A stretch of DNA of 64,000 nt from the NCBI GenBank assembly GCA_963514005.1, contig OY740787.1:18972001-19036000 (forward strand), given 5' to 3'. Position numbers and translations under genes: made by a program. Under the pieces are notes generated by a model that saw only the letters and a program-made list of their open reading frames with translations, was not told the DNA's origin and ran no database searches. The first letter of the stretch is position 1; every line of letters begins with the position of its first letter. This DNA comes from Raja brachyura (Eukaryota). Shown in pieces: positions 10,491 to 22,257 of this stretch.

Positions 10491-13400
10491 AAGAAGCTTC
10501 CCTTCAAATGACTCCTGTGCAAATTTACATCCAGAAATTGCTGACAGCTCTTCACAGGCAAGTTTGATACCTGGTCCAGCTGTGTTTCGCCAGCAGTTGA
10601 AGCTTCTCATCCCCCAACTTGCTGCTGACAGTTAATTATTGTTGCAAATAAATTGGGAATATTATGTGCAGGTTTGGCCTTCCTACATAAGGAAGGATAT
10701 ATTTGTGATAAAGGGAATATTTACTGTTGTATGCTGGAAATGGAGGATGGTCATGAGTAATTAAGCAGACGGCCTGTATTTCCTTGCATTCAGAAGAATG
10801 AGAGATGAAACTCAAAATTCAGGCAAGACTTGAGAGGTTTGTTGTGGAGTTGATGTTTCTCTTGGCTGGGGCAACTAGAATGAGGGCCATGGGCTCAAAA
10901 CCATATGTCTGCCATTCAGAACAGACGAGACGACATTTAATCACATAGAAATTAGAGAATATTTGGATTTCGAATATTTTCAACATTATCTGCACAAAGA
11001 GGGATTCATAGAGGATAAACTAAAATGGTTGAGAATCTTATGCATTTCCCAAAATAAATATTTCTCAATGGATTTTCCTATTGTGTAACAATTTAAACTC
11101 TGTATGACCAATTCACAACACATCAACAATAAACAGATTTATTTAGTTAACACTAAAAGCAGTTATTTCTTATTTCTTTTAGGGTTCATGAAGTTATACT
11201 AACATAAGTAGCTATTCAAATTTAGATCAATTTATCTTTATAATTCTCATGAAGAACTGGCACATATACTACTTTCGAATGACATACAGTCTTTGACAGC
11301 CACTTAAACTGTTTAAAATATAAACTGTTACAAGACACATTCTATAAATATTTAATTAAAGGTAACACTACATTTACTGAATTAGTTCATTACTGTACAG
11401 CTTTGCATTAACAACAATGAAAAATATTATTGATGTTATCTCCTAATGACCAGAATTATGTGGGGGTTGACAGATGTTAATAAAATGCAGATTAAGATAC
11501 AAAATACTTACAGATTGTGTTTGCCTCCCAATTGAGAATATAAATATTCACATTTCTAAACAGTGAAAGTGTGTTGAACATAAGACCAGCATGCAAGAAG
11601 TAATTTATAGAAAACCAGCATGATTTAATGAAAGATTTGTTTCTCTGGAATAGAGCCGCCACTGTAATTTGAATAATTTCTAATTAAGCATCACTGGCCT
11701 TTTAGCATGCGTGAGAAAGGCAAGGAAAAAACAGTTTAGCAAAACTGGGAAGTCTTGGCAAAAAATACTGAATTACTGATAGTGCCTGTTTGCTTGGCTT
11801 ATTTTAAAGTTAACAAAGCCAAGTCGGTCGTCAAATCTTGAAAGCACAACCTTCATTCTCCCTCATTAAATTCAGTTTGAAATTTATGTCTCAAACATTT
11901 TTGCTTCTTCTTAAAGCTCAAAATTAATTTTACAAGTTATTGTTAAATATAACTTCAACTATATCCATTGGCACCATTACAGGATAATGTTAATATCCAT
12001 TGATCAATCCATTCTGCAGATCACATAAGGGGTCCATGTATACAGTGCAAAAACTAATTCCAGCACTTAATGTTTGCTCTGCCAGCAGGATTAACACAAT
12101 ATATTAATGCTGATTTTTAATTTAAAGAAAATGAGACAGCTATGACTAAAGGGTCATGAACATTTAAAGTTAAGCAAAGACATCTCATAAAATCCAAAAT
12201 TTAATGAATGATGCAATGTAAATTATCCTGCTACTTTTGCTTAGTACTTTTATTAACCTTGATGCTTCTACTTATACTTGGCTCTTGTCTGATGCAGCAT
12301 AAATCGTTATGCCTGCTGGCCTTCTCCAGCTAATATTTTATTTGCAATTTTCAATCTTTTATAAATGGAATGGAGCAACTTGATAGAAATGGGTCAGTAA
12401 CACCAAAGTGCACAAAAAATAGCAGCCAACTAACTGGACTTCATGACCTTTGCTTTCATCATTGTTTGAGCAGGAAAGACATGTCTCTGCTGGTAGTAAC
12501 AGCTGCTCATGGGTGCATGTTACGTTTGAGATTGGCTTTCAAACAGCATTTGGGTATGGGCTGACAACATTTTAGATATTCATTACAGCATGTTGCCCTT
12601 CTACAAAATACGAACAGCCCATCAAAATCTCCAATGCCAAAGAATTTGCAATGTTGTGCAACTCAGTAAGTTACTTCATGAATTGCTGTTATTGAGAGGA
12701 GTAAACCTCATGTCCCGTGTGTATAGCTTTTCGTCTTTCAATGGTTTTAGTTTATCTACTCTTGAAGTGATCAGTTTCTGTTGAAACATGTCACCAAAGC
12801 AAAATCACTAAATATTGAGACCATTGCACTGATGCCCCTGCACGTGACTTCACTTGAATAAAAGAGGAAACCAGGGAGAAACCAGGGAAGGACATCACAT
12901 AACTTTCATATAGGACAATGTTATTTCATCCCGCCCCAAATAAACTGGTTTTATAACATACAAAGAGAAAAATGAGATTGCAAATCTAACCTTTTAAAGT
13001 TCAAGTGCTTAAGTGTTATGGATGTAGGACGAACATGATTAAACTTTAAAATGAGAGATGTTACAAAACAACTAATTACACCCTCTGCCATAAAATTGAC
13101 CTTACAATAGTAAACAGCATAGATTAGTAATTGACCTAGAAGTACAAAATCTTAAAAGGACCAAGCATAATTCCAATAAAGTACTAACTAGCTACCGTGG
13201 AGTGGTCGCACATTGTTGAGTTTACTGTGGGATTGTTCCCATTCAGTGGCAAGCTGCATTCCAAAAGTATCTCTGACAACAGTCCTCATTAAATGTGTAC
13301 CCTATACTCCCTCTGAAACATTTTTGAGGGCACTAGATCTCTTTTTCTTTCCAACAGGACAGATACATGCAGAAAAGGATTCTGCAACTGGAAGATTTAG

Positions 13401-14669
13401 AAGTAGGAAGTAGGAACTAGGGTCTATACCAGAAATATTTCTGAACAAAAATGTTGAAAACCACTTGAGGACATGGATAGTTCTTTGGATGCATGCACAG
13501 TGTGTTTTTGAAGGGCAAATTGCCAAACTAAATGATTTTTAATGAAGATTTATTCACTTAAAGATATCCGAGTACCTAGAGAGAACAAATTATGATGAAA
13601 GCGCCTTATATATTTGCTATCTTATGGAGTTAGCCATCCTCTAAAGCAGTACAGAAGTTGGCCAAAATATAACCAATAAAAGGTCCATAATGGCCACAGC
13701 TTAGTCACTGAAACCAAAATTTGCCCAATACAGCATAAATTTCAGGATTGCAACGTTCAACCGTGGCTTCTATGGCTTTCTTGGAACATTGCCTGCTGAG
13801 TTTTTTTCTCCTTCTATTTATATTATTGGCGTGATATTCAATGCTGATAATACCGTTGAATGTCAAAGGAAGGAGTTGGCTTTTCTGTTGGAGACAATTA
13901 ATGCTTGTCACAATTAATGCTTGCGCAAATATAAAATGTTCTTACTTTCATGTATATGATGGAATGGTGACATTGAAACACTACCTGAAAGAATCACTAA
14001 TTATACTTAGGGCTAAAATGAATGGCACCCAGCAACTTCAAGCAGCCTCTGCCATGCTACCTATGACTTCAGCCAGAGAGCCACCCCTCCCCCTAATGAC
14101 ACGCTCTCCGCCTTGTCCCACCACCTCCCTCTTGGCCTCTCAAACTCTCCCCGCTACCTTTAATTTTACCAGTGCCTCTGACACCACGTTTGAATAGATG
14201 CTGTTCGATCGATATCATGGTCTCTCACTCTTACCCTACTTCTGGAATTCATCTCCTTGGTTCAATTTTAGGCCAAAGTCACAATGAGGTTTGGAGCCAA
14301 GTTGTTCTAAAAGAACTGTATATTCATATTGGTGATCAGGTTGTTGAGCAACTGCCATTTGATGGAATTGCACATCCCTCTTTTAAACCCACAGGGTGAA
14401 AAATAGCTAAATCGAATGCCATGATCTTTATTGATAGGTCACCAAAAGCACTCAACTTAGTTATGCAGTTCCAAGTGGTCAAGCTACATTGGAGCAGCTT
14501 GGATTGCGGGGTCGTTGCTGCTGAACAACTGCAGGTAGATGGTTATCACGGCATACTTAAGGTTAGCAATAGGTGATGATATTAGAATGACGCAAAACTG
14601 AATAATGCACTTGATACTTTAGGCCGAAAATAAGTGTGAAAGCTTCACCCTTGTTCGTGCATTCATACA

Positions 14670-15083
14670 CAGGGCCTTAAGCCAATTGGACCAATTGCTC
14701 CCAATTGGGCCCCGCGCCTGAGGGGGCCCCGCGCTAGGCTGGTGGGCAACAGGGAGCTGTACAGGGACGACCACAGACTGAAACATTGATTGCAAGGAGC
14801 TGGTTGCAGAGCCCATAGAGAATATTAATAAACCTTCATTAAATAACACGTGGAATAATGCAGTTTAATGGTAATTAGCAGCTATGGTAAAGGTTGGAAG
14901 CCAGCGGAAGGACTGACAGTCAGACGAGAGCAGGAGAGGTTAAGGCAGTATGTAATCCATAGTAGCTTAGTGTACAATTTCATAATATATACTAAATAAC
15001 AGGGCTGACAGACCTTGACTGGGAACCTGGGGCTCACCAAAATTGTTCCCAATTGGGCCCCGCACCTCCTAAGGCCGGCCCTG
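14670..15083. mobile_element. Probable MITE with hAT-like CAGGGCC ends
   Basis: Left end CAGGGCCTTAAG, right end CCTAAGGCCGGCCCTG. The subterminal motif CCCAATTGGGCCCCGC is present near both ends. TSD not seen. Confidence 0.6.
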
Positions 15084-15679
15084 TGAAGAAGGATCTCAAC
15101 CCTTAACGTTATCTTTTCCTTTTCTCCAGAGATGCTGTCTGACCTGCTGTTACTACAGCTTTTTGTGTCTAGCTTTGGTTTAAACCAGAATTTGCAGCTC
15201 CTTCCAACATGCTCCACCTTCAAGGATGGACATGTTCATTGGAGACAATTGCTATCAGCTTTTTAATCCAAATCACTTGTTTACAATTGGCAATGACTGG
15301 ACTGAAAAGTAATAACCATGCTCTTGTTACCAGTTTATGTTTAAATATATGCTGCTACTGCTCTTCAACTTGCATTTACGTCCTTAGTTGGATCTTTGTA
15401 GGATTGCCCATAGTGTCCTTTCACTCTGCTAAACTCTACTGATATAAGACTACCCCATCAACCTTTGTTCATAAGACAACCATTGTTCATTGAATCCATC
15501 TGTACTGCACGTTAACTCAGCAAGGCTTTATCTTGCACTGAACATTATAACTTTTATACTGTATCTGTACACTTTGTCGGTTTGATTATAATTGTGTATA
15601 GTCTTTTCGCTGACTGGATAGCACGCAACAAATAACAAATTTCACTGCACCTCGATATACATGACAATAATAAACTTAA

Positions 15680-16050
15680 AGGTAAAGACAAAATGCTGGA
15701 GTAACTCAGCAGTACAGAAGGAGAGAAGGAATGGGTGACGTTTCGGGTCGAGACCCTTCTTCATACTGATGTCAAGGGAGAGGGCAGGACAGAGATTGAA
15801 TGTAGTCGGAGACGGTAAGACTAGTGGGAGAACTGGGAAGGGGGAGGGAATGGAGAGAAACGGAAAGCAAGGGCTATTTGAAGTTAGAGAAGTCAATGTT
15901 CATACCACTGGGGTGAAGCCACTCAAGCAAAATATAAGGTGCTGTTCCTCCAATTTGCACTGGGCCTCACTCTGACAATGGTGGAGGCCCAGGACAGAAA
16001 GGTCAGATTGGGAATGGGAGGGGGAGTTAAAGTGTTGAGCAACCGGGAGG
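15680..16050 (-). mobile_element. Penelope 3' fragment
   Basis: Endonuclease C-terminal sequence (GTGCTGTTCCTCCAATTTGCA, the LEEQHL region) and a 3' unit with a hammerhead-like core at 15737-15764. Confidence 0.8.
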
Positions 16051-16689
16051 ATGAAACATATTTTGCAACAAGTCCATCTGAGGAAAAAAAGATCTTTCTT
16101 GATAGTTAATCAAACAACAGAATTGTTAAATTGTCATTTCTCTTTGCAGGTGCTAGCTGACCCGTGTTGCTTTTCTGGCATTTTCTGCACTTTTTCATAT
16201 TTACTTAGTTTACTGTAATTTTCTTTTTATGCTTTGTGTAAATTGATTTTTTTCAATCTTCTATGTTACTTTGAACTAGACTAAAAGGCAGCTCACACAA
16301 TACTGGCCGCATTTTTTTTGAATTAGTCTTAAGTTTTTATAATTATATCCATTTTTGTCAATCTTTGTGAAAAATCCTAAATGTAATCTTTTTTGGACCA
16401 GGACACCAGTTTGGTACATTTAAAAATATATAATTTAACATTTAATAAGAAACTGCCTTCGGTACACCAATGACACAGTAAATGATTTGGTATAGTTTTG
16501 GTAAAATACATTTCTAGTAGTCATTTAAAATTGTGTAATTTCCAGATGATGAATATAGTTGTTAAATAAAAAATATTTTTTTCGATAAATCATTTCCAAT
16601 TGCCTCAATAAAATTGCTCAGATACCCAGTCAAAATACTAATCATGATTATTTATTTATTTTTTGGGGACGCACAGCATTTATTACTCA

Positions 16690-17400
16690 ACCCAATCTGC
16701 TATTGCGATGGTGGTGGTAAGCTTCCTCCTTGAGCTACTGCACTCATTCTCCCTTGAGGGAGTCTTGGATGTACACTCAGTAACAATGAAAAGACACATA
16801 ACTCCTGGCGTGAAATAGAGGGCACCCTGCAGGCAGTAGAAATATTCCCCAATACCATCCTGATGACGGATTTGCAGGTTTGGAAGGTGCTGTTGGGAGT
16901 AGTCATGATGAAGAATAACTGCATTGTATTTTGTAGACAATGCACTGGAATGGATGAATATTGTAGATGGGGTGCAGACTTTATCTGCTTTTGGAGTGGC
17001 ACTGCCGCTCTAAACTTGGCCAGTTTGAGCAACTCGTCAATGGTAACTCTCAGGAAGTTGATGGGAGGAATAACAACAAAGCTATTTTTATTGAAATGTT
17101 AAGGGAGACGATTTGGATGCTCTCTTGTTGGGGATTGCTGCCTTGCAATTTGGTGCTGCAAATGGCACTTTCCCATATCTAAATGTTGTCTACGATAGGA
17201 TACGATAAACTTTATTCATCCCCAGAGGGAAATTGGTCTTGGTCATCTTGCACACTGGCAGACACAGATTTGTTTGTCAAGATGTTGTAAATGGAACAGA
17301 ATATTTTGAAACCACTGAACAATTCTGATCTAATGACGGATGGCAGTCTGATGATGCTAAAAGGTCCATTGCTGACCACCATCTTGCTGATATTCGGTTT
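16690..17400. repeat. Ancient decayed interspersed repeat, probably LINE-derived; a related fragment lies at about 13840-13990
   Basis: TTGAAATGTTAAGGGAGACGATTTGGATGCTCTCTTGTTGGGGA resembles TTGAATGTCAAAGGAAGGAGTTGGCTTTTCTGTTGGAGA at about 13856. Confidence 0.4.
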
Positions 17401-17896
17401 AGAGATATGAAATTTCAGTTTGAATGCAAACCACAAACTTAACCGCCAAAAAATTTAAATCAATTCAATGCAAATAATACAAACCTATTCAACATGTTAT
17501 TTAATCTTAAAGCAACATACTCGTAATTTAAAATTAACCAAAATACTGTAAATAACAGAACACTGGAAACACTTTTGTAAATCAGCATCTGCAGTTCCTT
17601 ATTTCCACTGCAGGAAATAACTATCAGGAAACGTTGTATCCAAGGAGGGGTTAATATTTCAAGGCAATGATCTTGATGAAGTGAACCAAAATGTTAACTG
17701 TTTCTCTTTCTTCTGGTCTGGACAGACTATTTCTAGCATTTTCCATTTTCAGCATCTGCAATCATTTGCTTTTATAATCGTGTTTGCTGTTCAATTAATA
17801 ATTCAACTGGAATTTATTAAATATTTGCAGGCAAAAGAGACACGCAATGGTGATCAGTGATAGAAATATCCTTCCTATCACTTGTATTGTTAAAAT

Positions 17897-18875
17897 CATA
17901 GAAAATAGGTGCAGGAGTAGGCCATTTCAAGCCTGCACCGCCATTCAATATGATCATGGCTGATCATCCAACTCAGTATCCTGCACCTGCCTTCTCTCCA
18001 TACCCCCTGATCCCTTTAGCAACAAGAGCCAAATCTAGGTCCCTCTTAAATATAGCCAATGAACTGGCCTCACCTACCTTCTGTGGCAGAGAATTCCACA
18101 GACTCACCACTCTCTGTGTGAAAAAAGATCTTCTCATCTCAGTCCTAAAAGACTTTCCCCTTATCTTTAAACTGGAGTTCCCCAACATCGGGAACAATCT
18201 TCCTGCATCTAGCCTGTCCAACCCCTTAAGAATTTTGTAAGCCTCTATAAGATCCCCCCTAAATCTCCTAAATTCCAGCGAGTACAAGCCAAGTCTATCC
18301 AGTCTTTCTTCATATGGAAGTCCTGCCATCCCAGGAATCAGTCTGGTGAACCTTCTCTGTACTCCCTCTATGGCAAGAATGTCTTTCCTCAGATTAGGAG
18401 ACCAAAACTGTACGCAATACTCCAGGTGTGGCCTCACCAAGACCCTGTACAACTGCAGTAGAACCTCTCTGCTCTTGTACTCCTTTTGCTATGAATGCCA
18501 ACATACCATTCACTTTCTTCACTGCCTGCTGCACCTGCATGCCTACTTTCAATGACTGGTGTACCATGACACTCAGGTCTTGTTGCATCTCCCCTTTTCC
18601 TAATTGGCCACCATTCAGATAATAATCTACCCTCCTGTTTTTGCCGCCAAAGTGGATAACCTCACATTTATCCCCATTATACTGCATCTGCCACGTATTT
18701 GCCCAATCACCCAACCTATCCAAGTCACCTTGCAGCCTTCTAGCATCCTCCTCACAGCTAACACTGCCCCCCAGCTTCGTGTCATCTGCAAACTTGGAGA
18801 TGTTGCATTCAATTCCCTCATCCAGATCATTAATATATATTGTAAATAGCTGGGTTCCCAGCACTTGTACCCCAC
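17897..18875 (-). mobile_element. 5'-truncated CR1 LINE
   Basis: ORFs 17973..18452 and 18394..18891 carry FADDTK, RPHLEYCVQFWSP and LWNSLP, with a frameshift between them. Confidence 0.92.
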
Positions 18876-19030
18876 TGTTTGCTATTATCAAAAAATGTCA
18901 AAATGTCTGCTATAATCTCCTAAACGATTTATATTTGCAATTCACAATTTTATTCAAGAACAAATTGAAAGTAAATTTCATGTAAGTTCAAGTGGCATCT
19001 AAAAACAATGCACTACTTATAACTTCCACA

Positions 19031-19138
19031 GGTTGTGAAGAAGGGTCTGAAGAAGGGTCTCGACCCGAAACGTTGCCTATCTCCTTCGCTCCTTAGATGC
19101 TGCTGCACCCGCTGAGTTTCTCCAGCCTTTTGTGTACC
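19031..19138 (+). mobile_element. Stand-alone monomeric hammerhead unit (Penelope-derived)
   Basis: TSD CTTATAACTTC(C/T)ACA (19016-19030, 19139-19153). No coding sequence attached. Confidence 0.82.
19043..19078 (+). ncRNA. Putative minimal type I hammerhead ribozyme
   Basis: GGGU / CUGAAGA A / GGGU-CUCG-ACCC / GAA / ACGU / U / GCCU. Stem I is GGGU:GCCU with two G.U pairs, and stem III is the palindrome ACGU. Confidence 0.7.
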
Positions 19139-19254
19139 CTTATAACTTCTACATCCCATTTCACAAACTGGTGATGTTACGTTTATTAAAGCCCACATTA
19201 AATGAGGCAGAGGAATAGTGTTCCTTGCATTTTTTAGTTGGGATCTTAAAACCC

Positions 19255-19690
19255 TTCAGTAATTTATGGTGGTCTAAATTTGAAGAAGGACATTCTTGCT
19301 AATGAGGGAGCGCAGCTTAGGTTCACCAGGTTAATTCCAGGGATGGCGGGATTGACATATGAGGAAAGAATGGGTCGACTGGGCTTGTATTCACTGTAAT
19401 TTAGAAGGATAAGAGGGGATCTTATAGAAACATATAACATTCTTAAAGGATTGGGCAGGCTGTTGTTGCCATATGGGGGTGTCCAGAACCACGGTTGTGA
19501 AGAAGGGTCTGAAGAAGGGTCCTTTCAAGAGAGAGTTAGATTTAGCTCCAAGGGCTAACGGAATCAAGTGATATGGGGAAAAAGCAGGAACGGGGTACTT
19601 TTTGGATGATCAGCCATGATCATATTGAATGGCGGTGCTGACTCAAAGGGCCAAATGGCCTACTCCTGCACCTATTTTTTATGTTTCTAT
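19255..19690 (+). mobile_element. CR1 3' fragment with an internal deletion
   Basis: Matches the CR1 3' region (AAGGACATTCTTGCT...GGCCTACTCCTGCACCTATT). Confidence 0.85.
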
Positions 19691-19915
19691 ACAAAATATT
19701 CAGCAGTCAAAAATATGACTAATTCCTCTTCAAACTTAAAAATTTTAATCAAAGTAGGAATTTTTGTTTTTCAATTATTACTCAGAATCATTTAAAGCAA
19801 GATGATTTCAATATAAAAGGTAAGGATTTACAGTCCACTTCAGCTTAGTACATTCACATGTAGAGAGTACAGTGAAAATAGATATGCAAAAAATGATGCT
19901 TACTGTATTATTTAC

Positions 19916-21130
19916 CTTCCCCTCTTCAGTGTTTTGTTGACAGGAGCTGTGTACTTCATCTTCTCTCACCAGTTTACTAGGCCAGGAAGGAAATCCCTTT
20001 AATTGACTCCAGACCAAGTCACCAACATTAAACGTCCTTGGTCTGTAGTGTATTAATTCGTTAGAGGGTGAATCTGGAATCCTCAAATCATCATCACTGC
20101 TTAAGCTTTTAGTGTCTGACGGACTTGGAGCACATCCATTAATGTTTTCTGAATTATAATCTCCATTGTAAATATAATCATGTGCCAAGGAGCCTGGCAT
20201 TCCCTCCAAACTAGCCGAGGAACTCGGAGATTGCTCCTCTATGGCAAGTTCCTGTTTGGGAGCTGTCAGCAACTCACCGAAGTTCCTGCTCTGTTGAGAC
20301 CGGTTTCCGTTGATATGTGTGCATCTTTCCACAGTGTTCTCTAGCTTTTCTTTCATGTTAACAATGTGTCTTTTTTGACTATTGAACCTGAAGCTGTCCT
20401 CATGAAATCTTTTGTCCACGTGGCAGTTTTTCTGCTGGAATCCCGCATCAGTCTGATCTCCGTGAAAGGAAGGCATCCTTTCTGCGGAAGGACTGTGATT
20501 TACTTGGCCAGAGTGTTCTAGAAACTTCTCACATTTCCACAATGTTGCATCAATTGGCTGCTGTTCATTTTCCCATTGCTTTTTCGGAGTGTTGCGACCT
20601 GGCGATTTAAAGTATTCAAATCCCTCCCCCTCAGCAGTGAATTTTGCTTGCCCAGAATTTTTGTGCAACCTCACTCCTCTGGCATGCCTATTTGCCAGGA
20701 TAGTTTGATTGTTGAGTCGACTGTCGTTCTCCATGCTGGAAAGTCTTTTCCCATGAATCACCGCGTTGACTGCATTGGAAAGATTCACAGGGTTTGCAAT
20801 GGAGGCAGTAAAGGCACTCATGGCACTCAGAGCTGGGATGGGGCTCATTTGTGAAGTACTACTCACTGCGGTAGTGATCACAACTTGCATCCCTTTGCTT
20901 GCAGCATCTACCACAGCTTTGTAAATAGCATCAACGGAAGGGTCATGAGGACCCACAGTCAGCACCTGTTCTCTGACTTGCTTTGCTTGAATCTGTTCTA
21001 TTCGATGGTGATCACCTGCCAGCTCATGAAAATTGGGAGGTGCAGTATGGGAGCCTTCAGAGTGTAATATTGTTCCAGGTTCAGAGTTTGCAGGTGCATT
21101 TGAAAGTGAGACATCATGTGCTGGGCTCAC
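19916..21130 (-). CDS. MBD5: MBD5 coding exon (1215 bp) ending in the N-terminal part of the PWWP domain
   Basis: Acceptor tttccag|GTG, donor AAG|GTAAAT, phase 0-0. Contains SVDAIYKAVVDAASKGMQVVITTAV and NELIHYRPRTFNVGDLVWSQLKGFPSWPSKLVRED. Confidence 0.95.
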
Positions 21131-21459
21131 CTGGAAATGTAAATAAACTGCAGTTTTACATTTTTATTTTGTGTAATTTGTTTGTACATGCATGAAGTAT
21201 ATTTATTTTTAACATGCACCAGATAAAACTAAACTTTACCAGGACCATAAAAACTATTCTGAATAATTATTTCAATGTAGTTACAATGTGTATTTGCATC
21301 AGGTATTTATTAATAACAATTTGATTTTCCTCATCCCTCCTGCTGATCGCATTAAATTATAATTGGTTTAATTTTATTTATTTATTATCAGAAAGATGGC
21401 AACTGAGATTGCTACTCTACTATAGAATCAAACCTCATCTTTATGAGTACTTAACAAAA

Positions 21460-21980
21460 ATAAACTACTTGAAGAATCCAGTGGGTCAGACAGCATCTGT
21501 GGAGGTGAAGGGGTGGTTGACTCTTTGGGTCAAGTCCCTTCATCAGGCCCGAGAATGTAAAGGAAAAATGGCCAATATATAGGAGTGAGTGGGAGGGGTG
21601 AGAGGGAGGGATAAAACAGAGGCTGGAAGCAGATGAGTAGGAGGGAGTATAGAGAATATGGGCAGAAGAAGGAGGGAAAATGAATGTTGAGACAGAGGCT
21701 GGTGTTGGTGGAAATACAAGAAAATATTTTGTTCAGATGGAGCCAGAGGGGGAAAGGTAGACACAGAGGCTGGAACAAGATAATGGAATGATGGTGGGCG
21801 AACCAGGTGAGGGGGAGTGGTAGTGGCGATTTTAAAGAACCCAGAGGAGGGGGTAGGTAAATGGAAAGGGTGAACAAAGGGAGAGAGGTCCTGGGTGGAC
21901 TGGTAGGAGTGGGAAAACAACAGAGAGTGGGGTTACTGGAAATTGGAAAATGCATGCTCATGCCATTGGGCAGCAGGATA
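21460..21980 (-). mobile_element. Older Penelope 3' end with a purine-rich tract on the + strand
   Basis: Minus strand reads CCTGATGAAGGGACTTGACCCAAAGAGTC, a decayed core. Downstream AGATGCTGTCTGACCCACTG is also present. Confidence 0.6.
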
Positions 21981-22257
21981 CAAAGTTCCTACCATTGAGT
22001 ATTCATGTTCAGTTCTACCATTCCCACCAATGTCTCAAATGGCAATGGCTCGGCAAGTTATGACCAAGCCTGGGTACTTCAAAGTACTTGTTACAACATT
22101 CCTCAGGTTACATTTACTCATCCAATAAAGGGAGGAAAGGCAACATTTCAATTCAATGGGTGAAAAACGTAAAATCTAATACAAAATGTTTGGTACATTA
22201 AATCCAAAACTCGCTGAAAATGGCGACACAGGTAGATAGACTGGTTAAGTTCTACCA

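Noticed and set aside
1-19800. Canonical final MBD5 exons (VEPEKLKTL..., [16 protein letters not shown]..., PKPKRRKISR)
   Set aside because: No well-conserved match was found by eye, so they probably lie left of the window. Only the weak echo at 12640-12777 was seen.
19808-19915. Hydrophobic C-terminal extension of ORF 19808..21130 as a transmembrane tail
   Set aside because: It lies past the AAG|GTAAAT donor and is T-rich intron read-through.
21530-21961. 143-aa and 125-aa Pro/Leu/Phe-rich ORFs
   Set aside because: They are low-complexity pyrimidine tracts of an old Penelope 3' UTR.
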